Source: Candidatus Dormiibacterota bacterium
Lineage (GTDB): Bacteria > Chloroflexota > Dormibacteria > Aeolococcales > Aeolococcaceae
NCBI GenBank assembly: GCA_963709585.1
Contig: CAVPXI010000006.1
Location: 1 to 64,000, forward strand
Direction: 5' to 3'
Length of the DNA stretch: 64,000 nucleotides
The position numbers were made by a program, and so were the translations under genes. Shown here piece by piece: positions 54,379-64,000 of this stretch. How positions within the stretch are numbered: position 1 is the first letter of the stretch; every line of letters begins with the position of its first letter. The notes below the pieces were generated by a model. The model saw only the letters and a list, made by a program, of their open reading frames with translations, did not search any database and was not told where the DNA came from.

Positions 54379-54632
54379 GTGATCGCATCGGGGGCAACCC
54401 ATCCGCCCAGAGTCGCGAAAGCCTGCTCGAGGCCATTGACTCGCTGCTGAAAGCTGGCGCTGCACAGGGGAGGCTGCGAGGCGAAATCGACGCTGCCGAC
54501 GTGATGTTCGGGATCAGCGGGATCTCCCTGGTCGCCGGCGCGCCCGAACAGCGCGACCAAGCCGGGCTGCTCGACCTTCTCCTGGATGGCCTGCGCTATC
54601 GGCCTTCCGAGGCTCGCGGCCCCGTTTCCTGA
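54379..54632 (+). pseudogene. C-terminal remnant of a TetR/AcrR-family regulator
   Basis: SRESLLEAIDSLLKAGAAQGRLRGEIDAADV...LLDLLLDGLRY; no HTH, frame broken near the start. Confidence 0.7.
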
Positions 54633-54672
54633 CCGACCGGCTTAGTCAGCGGCGCCGTGATGAGGGTGGCGA

Positions 54673-55596
54673 CTAACGTGCGCGCAGAGCCGCGACCAAC
54701 CATTCGTACGCCGGAATGAGGCTCGGCGTCTCTGACCAGCCGTTGATAATGCCGACCAGCTGCCAGTAACGCTCGACGCGGCGATCGCTGAACATGACCA
54801 ACTGTTGCATCAACTCGGCGCGATAGCTCGCATTGTCGCTGCGATTCGCTGCTGCCGCAAACAATCTGACAAGATCGGCGACTATCGTCGCCGCTTCGTC
54901 GGATCGTGGATCAACGCCGGCGGCGACCGCTGAGCCTGCTCGCTCCACGACCGCTTGGCCTGCGCGTTGGGTGGCCCCATCGGTGTCGCTCAGACCGGAA
55001 GCAGCGCGCAGACGTGCGCCTTCGGCGGCCATCTCCGTCACCCGCGCACGAAAGTCCGAATCTTGCACAAGACCTGCGAGCTCGATCCAGGCATCGATCT
55101 GTGCGTCTGAAGGCCGCTCCGAGAGGGCCGGCAGGGTCGTTCTCATCCGACTCAGGAACGGGTCGTCGGGCCGGTCGGCGAAGACGGCCCCGAGAAACTC
55201 TTCCATGATCCGGCGGAACTCGTCGACGGACGCGCGTGCGAAAGCTGTCATTCGTTGTACCTCCTCGGGTCGGGATATTCCGCGAGCGATGGCGCGGAGC
55301 ACGGCCCGACGGAGTGCGAGTTGACGGAGATGTAGATCGATGGCATCGGCACGCGCACGCGCGACGTCTTCGAGGCTCGACTGCTGTTCGGCAACGCGCG
55401 CGATGGTCTGGAGATCGATGCCGAGGTCGCGAAGAGCCCGGATCAACTCGAGGCGCCCCAGCGATTGCTCGTCGTAGCGACGATAGCCCGCAGGAGTTCG
55501 CCTTGCTTCCCGGACGAGCCCGATATCCGAGTAGTAGCGAATCGTCTTGACTGGCAGCCCGGTCAGTCGCGACAGCTCTCCGATTGAGACGTCCAT
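54673..55596 (-). CDS. MerR-family transcriptional regulator
   Basis: SIGELSRLTGLPVKTIRYYSDIGL, GYRRY. Confidence 0.93.
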   Translation of the reverse strand: MDVSIGELSRLTGLPVKTIRYYSDIGLVREARRTPAGYRRYDEQSLGRLELIRALRDLGIDLQTIARVAEQQSSLEDVARARADAIDLHLRQLALRRAVLRAIARGISRPEEVQRMTAFARASVDEFRRIMEEFLGAVFADRPDDPFLSRMRTTLPALSERPSDAQIDAWIELAGLVQDSDFRARVTEMAAEGARLRAASGLSDTDGATQRAGQAVVERAGSAVAAGVDPRSDEAATIVADLVRLFAAAANRSDNASYRAELMQQLVMFSDRRVERYWQLVGIINGWSETPSLIPAYEWLVAALRAR

Positions 55597-55603
55597 ACCC
55601 GAC

Positions 55604-55634
55604 ACCCTGGAGGATCCAGCTACGGGAGAGTCAA
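55604..55634 (-). promoter_or_regulatory. MerR-type promoter with 19-bp spacer, probably autoregulatory and leaderless
   Basis: TTGACT-19 nt-CAGGGT-7 nt-ATG. Confidence 0.65.
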
Positions 55635-55760
55635 GACGCCCTACCTGGCGAGCGCCGCACGACGCACACCCACGGCATGCGTCCTGTCACAAGCGCTCAA
55701 CAAACGCCCTCTCCGTTGCTGATACGCTGGCTGCAGAGAAGGGGAGTCGTGACGAAAGGC

Positions 55761-56156
55761 ATGGCCAACGCAACGGCGCGGCTTTTGCTCGTGCACTGGC
55801 ATCCCGTCGTGCTCAGAGGGCTGGCAGCCTGCCTCGGTCACGAGCCGGATCTCGAGTTGGTGGGCCTGGCCTCCAGCTGTGAGCAGGCCCTGGACGTGGC
55901 CGCCGAGTTACATCCCGACCTGGTGCTCATCGGCTATTCCACGCCGGTGATGGGCGGTATCGAGGTAACCCGCCGCCTTATCGAAGCCGACCCCGGCACG
56001 CTGGTGGTGCTGATCGGCGCCATGGCCGGCCCCGAACGGACAGCCCGCGCCCTGAAAAGCGGCGCAATGGGTTACGTGTTACTGGAAACGCCGCCCCAGG
56101 AACTCGCCAGCATGCTGCGCGGCCTCGTCCGAGGGAAGGACATCACGCTGCCCTGA
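55761..56156 (+). CDS. Stand-alone atypical receiver domain (NarL-like REC)
   Basis: REC fold pattern with VHWH, LIGYSTP and LLETPP replacing the conserved D, D and K. Confidence 0.8.
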   Translation: MANATARLLLVHWHPVVLRGLAACLGHEPDLELVGLASSCEQALDVAAELHPDLVLIGYSTPVMGGIEVTRRLIEADPGTLVVLIGAMAGPERTARALKSGAMGYVLLETPPQELASMLRGLVRGKDITLP

Positions 56157-56162
56157 GCAACG

Positions 56163-57419
56163 TCAGGCAGAGATCACCTCGACGTCGAGCAGCGACTGCG
56201 CCCTTCGCAACGACGCCTCAACGGCCTCCGGTGTCTCGCCACGAGCGAAGATGAAGCCGAGGTAGCGGTCCCCCTCTGGAAGCGGCCTCACGGGCGCACC
56301 GGAGGGTACCGAGATGGAAACCCCGGTGATGCCCTCGACCGACTCCGCTCGGTCGACGCCACCGACTCCGCGCAGGATCCCCGGTGCCGGTGTGGGCAGC
56401 ATGAACACGCCGGCAGCGCTGTCGACCATGTGGATCGCGCCCAACGGCAACCGACATGCGTCGCGCAGGATGACGTTCTCGAGGGAGCGCACCTGGCCCG
56501 GGGCATCTGATCCGGCAACGCGGATGACCTGCGAGCACAGGCCACCGATAGACCGTGCGGCCACCTCGATGACCACCGCGACATCCCCGGCCATGCGGAC
56601 CTCCGCGTGGACGGGCCCGTGACGCAATCCGAGCGCGGACACCGCAGTGCGCACCGCGTTCACCACCGCGCGTTGCGTCGCGTCATCGAGGCGCGAGGGC
56701 GTGACGTAGACCGTCTCCTCGAAGAACGGACCCGTGAGCGGATCCGGCTTGTCGAACAGGGCGATGACCTCGAGAACTCCTTCGCGCACAAGGCCTTCGA
56801 CGGCGATCTCGACCCCGTCGACGTAGCTCTCGACGATGAGCGGCGGCACCGATCCGTCGTCGCAGATCTCGCGCAGCAAGGACGCGACTCGCTGTACCGC
56901 AACTGTTGCGGCGGCGCGGTCGTCGGCGCGGATCACACCGCGACTCGCGGCGAGATCCACGGGCTTGATGACGCATGGGAGGCCCGCGACGCTGATCGCG
57001 GAGTTGAGCGTTTCGCCGCCCGCACTGACATCGATTTCCGCATACCGTGGTTGACTCAGACCGCTCTCCGTCAAGCATCTGCGGAGCAGCCGTTTGTCTC
57101 GCGTCGCCTGGACCGCGGGCACGGTGTTCCGCTGCATCGTGCCAAGCCGTTCGGCGATGGTCGCCGCGATGACCACCGATCCCTCGTCGACGCCGACGAC
57201 GGCGTCAACTGGCCACTGTCTGGCGAACTCGGCAGCACGTTCCGCCAACTCCGCGGGGTGACGAAGATCGAGGGTGAGGACGCGTCCTTTCATCAGCGCC
57301 GCGAGCGTCGGTGCCTCGTTGGAGGCGACCACGACCTGCAGGCCGAGCTCGCCGGCTGCCTGGAGAAACGCCGTCGCACGATATGTCTCGGTGGGCAGGA
57401 CGAGCATAACCCTGGGCAT
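56163..57419 (-). CDS. ATP-grasp domain protein
   Basis: RDK, IKPVDLAASRGV, VESYVDGVE, HAE, IEVAARSIGG. Confidence 0.9.
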   Translation of the reverse strand: MPRVMLVLPTETYRATAFLQAAGELGLQVVVASNEAPTLAALMKGRVLTLDLRHPAELAERAAEFARQWPVDAVVGVDEGSVVIAATIAERLGTMQRNTVPAVQATRDKRLLRRCLTESGLSQPRYAEIDVSAGGETLNSAISVAGLPCVIKPVDLAASRGVIRADDRAAATVAVQRVASLLREICDDGSVPPLIVESYVDGVEIAVEGLVREGVLEVIALFDKPDPLTGPFFEETVYVTPSRLDDATQRAVVNAVRTAVSALGLRHGPVHAEVRMAGDVAVVIEVAARSIGGLCSQVIRVAGSDAPGQVRSLENVILRDACRLPLGAIHMVDSAAGVFMLPTPAPGILRGVGGVDRAESVEGITGVSISVPSGAPVRPLPEGDRYLGFIFARGETPEAVEASLRRAQSLLDVEVISA

Positions 57420-57472
57420 GCGATCAGCCTATCGCCGTCCGCGGGCGGCGCCGATGCGGTTCGCGCCAGGAG

Positions 57473-57971
57473 CTACTGCCCCCGCACCATGTCCCCTGCC
57501 CGGGACACGCCGGTGTCGAGCCAGTAGTCGACCCAGGTTTCCCGAGTGGCGCCAACGTGGTCGTAGACGGCCTGGGCGGCCAGATTGTCGACCGCGGTCT
57601 GCCAGATCATTCGAACCGCTCCATGCTCCCGGCAGCGCTCGAGGCATCCCTCGATCAGCGCGGAGCCGGCCACGTCCGCGCGATGCGGTCACCACGTACA
57701 GGTCGTTCATCACCCCGACGCGACCCGCGGTCGTTGTCTCCCAGCTCCAGAAAAGGGTCGCGAAGCCGACATCGTGGTCGCCATCGGTCGCGATCAACTG
57801 GACCCCCTCGCGGGTCGGATCGGCGACCAGCGCCCGTGCCATGGACAGGAGCGCGGTATCGGACGGCCGAACGCGGTAGAAGTCGCAATAGCCGCGCATC
57901 AGCGGGAGCAGCCGCTGGACCTCCGCCTCGGTGCTGACGACGCCCACCTCGATCCGACCTATTCCCCGCAT
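57473..57971 (-). CDS. GNAT acetyltransferase; apparent frameshift near 57669
   Basis: MNDLYV..SRGRG then, in another frame, GSALIEGC...WQTAVDNLAAQAVYD; GGAGG SD. Confidence 0.85.
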
Positions 57972-58094
57972 TGCTCGCCTCCGCGGTTTGCACTGATCTG
58001 GCTGGGCATTCTGCCCCTCTTTTTTGCGCCCTGAGGTCATTGTCGTTCCACACTCGCAACCGGAATTCAACACGAGATCGGCAAAGCTGCTCGG

Positions 58095-60504
58095 GTGAGT
58101 TCGGCAGCCCCGCCAAACCGGCGCGCACTCCCGAGACGCCTCGGAGCGACCTTGCGAACCCCGCGGCCGCTCTGGGTGGTGTACGCCGGCATGGCCACCC
58201 TGCTGACCGCCTACATCATCTCGGTCCTGGTGCGGCCGCCAGGCGACACCTGGCCGTGGATCGACGGCTGGGGCGTGGCCGCTTACGAGGTGGTCCTCGC
58301 CGGGCTGCTGCTGGCGCGTGGGTTCAGCCGGGCTCCCGGGCCGCGCGGTGCCCCTCGTGCTCGGGAGCGCGGTCACCGCCTGGGCGCTCGGCGATGTGGT
58401 GCTGAACTGGGAAACCGCGGGCGGCACGGCGGCGGTGGCAAACCCGTCGCTGGCCGACGCTTTCTACGTGAGCTTCTACCCACTTTTCTACGCGGCGATC
58501 GTGCTCATGCTCCGCAAGGAGATCGGGCGGCTGCTCCCGGCCACGTGGCTGGATGGAGCGATCGCCGGCCTCGGCGCAGCCGCGGTCTGCGCAGCCTTCG
58601 CCTTCCCTGCCGTGTTCAGATCCCTCAGCGCCCACGCCGCGAACCTCACCCAGATCGGGGTGGCGGTGAACCTCGTCTACCCGATCGGTGACGTCCTCCT
58701 CCTCGCCCTCGTCGTCGGCGGCACCGCGATCCTGCCGGGGCGACGTCTGCCCTGGCTGCTGTTCGCCACCGCCTGTGCGGTGAACGGGATCGGGGACACG
58801 TTCAACCTGTTGGGGACTACGCCGTCGTCGTCAGAAGTCGGGGTCGTGTTCAACGACATCGCCTGGCCCATCGCGATCACCCTGATGTCCATCTCGGTGT
58901 GGGTGCCACCGGGTCCTCGCCAGCTGGTCGCGGTCGGCAAGCTCCCTGGCTTCGCACTCCCCGGAGCGGGCGCCCTAGCCGGGCTCGTGATCCTGTTTGC
59001 GGGCGCTGTGCAGCAGCAGGGGACCCAGGGCACTCTGCAGCAGCAGGGGTTCCAGGTTGCCGTGGGTCTTGCCACGATCACCATGCTCGTCGTCGGGTTG
59101 CGCCTCGCCTTGTCGGTCCACGGCCTGCGCGCCTTGACCGAGCAGCGCCATCGCCAGGCGATCACCGACGAGCTCACGGGGCTGGGCAACCGCCGCCAGC
59201 TCACGATCATGCTCGACGCCTTCTTCGAGGACCTCGCCGACCTCTCGACCCCGCCTCGCACCATGGCATTCCTGTTCGTCGATTTGGACCATTTCAAGGA
59301 GATCAACGACTCCTTCGGACACTCCGCCGGGGACGAGTTGCTGAAACAGCTCGGGCCGCGCCTGAGGAGCTCGCTTCGCGCTACCGACGTTCTGGTTCGA
59401 ATCGGGGGCGACGAGCTCGGGGCGGTGCTCGTCGACAGCGACCCGGTATATGCGGCCGGACTTGCGCGGCGCATCACGTGGCTTCTCGAGCAGCCCTTCC
59501 TGCTCAACGGGGTCAGCGTCAATATCAGCGCGAGCATCGGCATCGCCGCCGCGCCTGCAGACGCCACCGACAGCATCGGGCTGATGCGCTGCGCCGACGT
59601 TGCCATGTATAGAGCCAAGCTGACTTGTCAGTCGTACGAGGTGTACACGCCGTCGATCGACGACGGCGGCAACCGTCTCGCGCTCGTCGAGGAGCTGCGC
59701 GCCGCGGTCGAGGGGAAGCGCCTCGTGCTGCACTATCAGCCCCAGGTGGATCTGCGCAACGGCGAGACGGTCGCCGCCGAGGCGCTCGTGCGCTGGCAGC
59801 ATCCGCGCCTCGGCCTGATGCCACCACTCGAATTCCTGCCACTCGCCGAGGAAGCCGGCCTGATGGGACCGCTCACGCGCCTCGTGCTCGAGCAGGCGGT
59901 CGCCCAGTGTGCGATCTGGCGCGCCGCCGGCAGCCGCCTCGCCATGTCCGTGAACGTCTCATCCTCGAACCTGCTCGACCCGGGATTCATCGACGTCGTC
60001 CGCGAGGCGCTCCGTCGCCACCGCGTGCCCGCCTCCGCTCTGATCCTGGAGATCACCGAGACCACGATCATTCGCGACTTCGCCGCCTGCAAGGGCGTCA
60101 TCGAGGATCTCCGCGGTCTCGGTCTCGGCGTGTCGATCGACGACTTCGGATCGGGGTTCACCTCGCTCGCCTACCTCGGCAGCCTGCCGATCACCGAGTT
60201 GAAGCTCGACCGGACCTTCATCGGTGGTCTGAGTTCGCATGGTCGCGAGCAGGACGTCAAATTGGTGCGGGCCACGATCGAGCTCGGTCACGCTCTCGGT
60301 CTGCTCGTCGTCGCCGAGGGCATCGAGACGCTGGCGACGCTGGAGCTTCTGTCCCTGCTCGGCTGCGACCGCGCTCAGGGGTATTTCACCGGCAGACCGG
60401 TCGGAGCCGAGGAGTTCCTGGTCTCGGCGACGGTCCCGACCCTCCACGTCGCGACTCCCGAGCGGGTCGCGCCATATCCCAAGTACCTCCGCACCGCCGT
60501 CTGA
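58095..60504 (+). CDS. Multi-TM GGDEF-EAL c-di-GMP enzyme; apparent frameshift near 58339
   Basis: DLDHFKEIND, GGDEL, EAL, DDFGSG, EGIE; two hydrophobic ORFs join by removing one G. Confidence 0.92.
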
Positions 60505-60698
60505 CGCGAGGGTCGCCTCGCGATGGGGCCTCCTGTGCTGGCTGACCACTGTGATTCGTGCGCGGCGTACAGGCCAACGGCGTGGGATCTGTGCATCGAG
60601 GCTGAAGAACGGCGCGCCCTCCTCTGACAGAGTTCCGTGCAAGGCGAAGTGTCGCTGCGCATGTACATCAGCAGAGTTGTTAGAGGTGAGGTATCGCA

Positions 60699-62102
60699 AT
60701 GCTGTCGACCCTGAACCCGGATCCAAGCTGGCTGAACTCCGGCGACACCGCGTGGCAACTCACGTCGGCGACGCTGGTCGGGATCATGAGCATCCCCGGC
60801 CTCGCGATCCTGTACGCAGGGTTGATGAAGCGGAAATTCGCCGTCAACTCTGCGCTGATGGTTGTGTACGCGTTCGCGATGACCCTGGTCATCTGGATGT
60901 TCTTCGCGTATGACATGAGCTTCGGGCAGCCGCTGCACGTCGCCGGGGCGGCGACGACGTTCGTCGGGATCCCACACCCGGTCGCCGGAGCGAGCGACCT
61001 CGAACAGCAGGCGAGCATCCCGCTGCTCACCGGACTGATCCCGGCCCTGCGGTTCCCGATGTCATCGCTCGTCTATTTCCAGTTCGTGTTCGCGACCATC
61101 ACGGTGATCATCCTGGGCGGTGCGCTGCTCGGGCGCATCAGCTTCAAGGCGTGGGCGCTCTTCGTCCCGCTCTGGATCACGCTGGTGTACTCGGTTGGAG
61201 CTTTCAGCCTCTGGGGCGGTGGATGGCTCGGCTCCCTCGGCGCCGTCGACTACAGCGGTGGCTACGTCATCCACGTCGCCGCAGCGGTGTCCGCGTTCGT
61301 TGCCGCTGCCGTGATCGGTCCGCGGATGCTGAAGGATCGGCAGAACAACACGCCGAGCAACATCATGCTGGCCGTTGCCGGAGGAGGACTGCTCTGGCTC
61401 GGCTGGAGCGGCTTCAACGGCGGTGATCCGTACTTCGCCAACGCGGACGCGTCGGCGGCGGTGCTCAACACCCACCTGTGCACCGCGACCGCGCTGCTGA
61501 CCTGGATGATCATGGACATCTTCTTCCTGAAGAAGCCGACCATCCTCGGCATGATCAGCGGAATGATCGCGGGCCTGGTCGCGATCACCCCTGGAGCCGG
61601 TTACGTCAACGCTTACGCGGCATTCGCCATCGGCATCGGCGCCGGAGTCCTTCCGTGGCTTTCGATGAACCTGCTCGGCAAGACGAAGCTCTTCACCGGC
61701 AGGGTCGACGACACGCTTGGCGTCTTCCACACGCACGGGGTTGCCGGAGCGTTCGGTGGGCTCATGACCGGTGTGCTCGCGTCGCCGAACATGATCGTGT
61801 ACGTGGGAACCGCTGGCACTGCGTCGGTCGCCGTGACCGGCCTGGTCTACGGCAACGCCAAACAGTTGCTCCTTCAGGCGATCGCGCTCGGTTTCATCAT
61901 CGTGTACGACGCTGCGGCCACCTTCGTGGTGATCAAGCTCGTCGGCCTCATCGTGCCGCTGCGCATGACCGACCGGGAGCTCGAGGTTGGAGACCTGCTG
62001 CTCCATGGTGAGGTGGCGATCGACATGGAGCCACCTGAGGAGGTCATGTCACTCAACGGCCACCTGAGTTCGATGCCGGTGGAGGCTGGCTCACCGGTTT
62101 GA
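60699..62102 (+). CDS. amt: Ammonium transporter
   Basis: FQFVFA, DYSGGYVIH, GWSGFNGG, DDTLGVFHTHG. Confidence 0.96.
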   Translation: MLSTLNPDPSWLNSGDTAWQLTSATLVGIMSIPGLAILYAGLMKRKFAVNSALMVVYAFAMTLVIWMFFAYDMSFGQPLHVAGAATTFVGIPHPVAGASDLEQQASIPLLTGLIPALRFPMSSLVYFQFVFATITVIILGGALLGRISFKAWALFVPLWITLVYSVGAFSLWGGGWLGSLGAVDYSGGYVIHVAAAVSAFVAAAVIGPRMLKDRQNNTPSNIMLAVAGGGLLWLGWSGFNGGDPYFANADASAAVLNTHLCTATALLTWMIMDIFFLKKPTILGMISGMIAGLVAITPGAGYVNAYAAFAIGIGAGVLPWLSMNLLGKTKLFTGRVDDTLGVFHTHGVAGAFGGLMTGVLASPNMIVYVGTAGTASVAVTGLVYGNAKQLLLQAIALGFIIVYDAAATFVVIKLVGLIVPLRMTDRELEVGDLLLHGEVAIDMEPPEEVMSLNGHLSSMPVEAGSPV

Positions 62103-62125
62103 GGCGAGCCGTCAGTCAGTAGCAG

Positions 62126-62989
62126 TCAAACCCGGAGACCGTCAAGCACCTGCAGGGCGGTCTCCGGGTTGACGAACGTCGCGGTCCCAACCTGAATCGC
62201 GCTGGCGCCGACAACGAGGAAATCCCGGGCCGACGCCGCGTCGACAATGCCCCCGATGGCGATGACCGGAATGCGAACGGCATCGCACACCGCGGCGACG
62301 GCGGCCAGCGCCAGCGGCTGGATGGCAGGACCGCTGAGTCCTCCGGTGCCGAGCGGCAGGACGGATCGCCCGGTTGCGCGATGGATCTTCTTGCCGATGT
62401 ACGTGTTCACCGCCGACACCGCGTCGGCGCCGGCATCCTCAACCGCCCGAGCCACTGCGGCAATGTCGGTGACGTTCGGGCTCAGTTTCACGATCACGCA
62501 GCGCTCGGTGACCGCGCGCACCGCGGCAACGAGTTGAGCGGCGGCCACCGGATCGCGCCCGAAATCCAGTCCCTGGGCGATGTTGGGGCACGAGATGTTG
62601 AGCTCGATGCCGGCGACCTCCGCGACTGGTTCGAGGACTTCGGTGCAGTGCACGTAGTCATCGACGGAGCCACCGGCGATGTCGACGATCACCGGGATCG
62701 ACCATCCTCTCCACCGCGGCGCGTACGCGGCGGCCACGACCTCGACCCCGGGGTTCTGAAGACCGATGCTGTTGAGCATCCCGCCGCCCGTCTCGGCGAC
62801 ACGCGGCGGTGGGTTGCCCTCGCGCGCGTGCACGGTCGTGCCCTTCGTGTACAGCGCGCCGAGGCGGTTGATGTCGATCAGCTGGTCGAGCTCGAACCCG
62901 TACCCGGCGGTCCCGCTCGCCAACCCGACCTGGTTCGGCAATGTCAGGCCGCGTCCGAGATCAACGCGGTCGATGCCCTTCTCGCTCAC
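62126..62989 (-). CDS. pyrD: Dihydroorotate dehydrogenase 1B, catalytic subunit
   Basis: ASGT, NSIGLQNPG, NISCPN, KLSPN, GGLSG. Confidence 0.95.
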   Translation of the reverse strand: MSEKGIDRVDLGRGLTLPNQVGLASGTAGYGFELDQLIDINRLGALYTKGTTVHAREGNPPPRVAETGGGMLNSIGLQNPGVEVVAAAYAPRWRGWSIPVIVDIAGGSVDDYVHCTEVLEPVAEVAGIELNISCPNIAQGLDFGRDPVAAAQLVAAVRAVTERCVIVKLSPNVTDIAAVARAVEDAGADAVSAVNTYIGKKIHRATGRSVLPLGTGGLSGPAIQPLALAAVAAVCDAVRIPVIAIGGIVDAASARDFLVVGASAIQVGTATFVNPETALQVLDGLRV

Positions 62990-63834
62990 GCGACGTCGGC
63001 CCCGGGGAGCGCGCCGAGCCCGTCCCAATCGACATCGCGCATGGGCATCACCGGACCGTCGGTGCAACAGAGCCGCCAGATCGAGGCCCCATCCTCACCA
63101 AGCACCGGCAGCGCGCATCCGAGACAGGTGCCGAACCCGCAGCCCATCGGTGCCTCGAGCGATGCCTCCAGCGTCGGCGGCAGCCCGGCTCCCGACTCGA
63201 CCAGTGCCCGCATCACCGCGCCGAGCATTGCGTTCGGTCCGCACGCATACAGCGCCGACGGGTGCGAGCTCAACGCCTGACGGAGCAGGTCCGTGACCGG
63301 GCCGTGGTGGCCGCGAGTGCCGTCATCGGTCGCCTCGGCGACGACCGGGACCGCGGGACGCGCAAATCGCTCGGCAGGGTAGAGGCGGGTGGCGGTACGC
63401 GCCCCGTTCAAGACAAGAATGTCTTCAACGCCACGGCGGCGCAGCTCGTTGATGAGCAGTGGGAAGGGAGCGCAGCCCAGGCCGCCGGACACGCACACCA
63501 CCGATCCGGCGTCGACCACGCTGAACCCGTGTCCGAGCGGCCCCAGGGTGTCGAGCGGATCGCCCGGCTGCAGCTCCGAGAGCAGCCGCGTTCCCACACC
63601 GACCGCTTCGAAGATGAAGCCGCAGGTGTCGTCCTGTGTCCACGCAATGCTGAACGGGCGTCTGAGCAGCGGCGTGGCGCCCTGACCGCAGCGCAGCTGC
63701 GCAAATGTTCCCGGCGTGGCCGCGGCCGCGAGATGCGGCAGCCGCGCGACCAACTCGAGGAGTCCACCCCCTAGCCGTTCCACCACGAGCACCTCGCCAG
63801 TCTCGAGCGCGGCCCTGCGCAGATCCGCGGTCAC
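62986..63834 (-). CDS. pyrK: Dihydroorotate dehydrogenase electron transfer subunit
   Basis: RRPFS, GPLGHGF, CGP, MGCGFGTCLGC...CTDGPV. Confidence 0.95.
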   Translation of the reverse strand: MTADLRRAALETGEVLVVERLGGGLLELVARLPHLAAAATPGTFAQLRCGQGATPLLRRPFSIAWTQDDTCGFIFEAVGVGTRLLSELQPGDPLDTLGPLGHGFSVVDAGSVVCVSGGLGCAPFPLLINELRRRGVEDILVLNGARTATRLYPAERFARPAVPVVAEATDDGTRGHHGPVTDLLRQALSSHPSALYACGPNAMLGAVMRALVESGAGLPPTLEASLEAPMGCGFGTCLGCALPVLGEDGASIWRLCCTDGPVMPMRDVDWDGLGALPGADVA

Positions 63835-64000
63835 GACACCGCCTGCACCACGCCATCGCGATACTCGCGCACGGTCGCGACCCGGACGCTCTTCCCCGAG
63901 GTATGGCGGCCGATGGCGTCGACCAGCGCAGCGGCGGTGTCGAGCGACGTACAGCACGGAATGCGGCGCTGCTCTGCCGCCAGCCGGATGCGGTATCCAT
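63831..64000 (-). CDS. carB: Carbamoyl-phosphate synthase large subunit, C-terminal end
   Basis: GYRIRLAAEQRRIPCCTSLDTAAALVDAI (MGS domain end); coupled to pyrK. Confidence 0.85.
   Translation of the reverse strand, partial: GYRIRLAAEQRRIPCCTSLDTAAALVDAIGRHTSGKSVRVATVREYRDGVVQAVS

Noticed and set aside
57975-58094. Possible c-di-GMP riboswitch near the GGDEF-EAL gene
   Set aside because: GCAAA words are present but no recognisable two-hairpin consensus
60505-60698. Nitrogen-regulator box or glutamine riboswitch before amt
   Set aside because: Only a 7-nt direct repeat (CAGAGTT); no convincing consensus

Overview
High-GC bacterial chromosome segment, densely coding, with about 60 genes. Gene content and promoter style suggest a soil monoderm such as Chloroflexota/Ca. 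Dormibacterota or Actinomycetota; this is an inference only. Housekeeping content: hppA, a cold-shock protein, a fatty-acyl-CoA module (MaoC pair, ACAD, SDR, etfBA, thiolase), adenosine salvage (adoK, apt, ahcY), gdhA, amt and carB-pyrK-pyrD. A large dispersed surface-glycan locus contains GT2/GT4 enzymes, rfbBC, a CmcI-type methyltransferase, wzm/wzt, a Wzx-like protein, DegT, and an embedded ~1070-aa secreted repeat protein. No CRISPR array, integrase or transposase was seen. Most notable observations: (1) two diverged copies of a ~125-bp hairpin element with a conserved core, flanking a CYTH gene and a ~140-nt rod-shaped RNA candidate; (2) about eight apparent frameshifts in otherwise intact genes, four of which are duplicated bases inside GAGTC/GACTC sites, suggesting long-read errors at a methylated motif; (3) a tRNA with a 6-nt anticodon loop followed by a TetR remnant; (4) a shared coiled-coil plus amphipathic-helix module on three glycan enzymes, WbdD-ruler-like; (5) an acidic/beta-barrel/histone-H1-like protein; (6) catalytically degenerate GH5-like and receiver-domain proteins.
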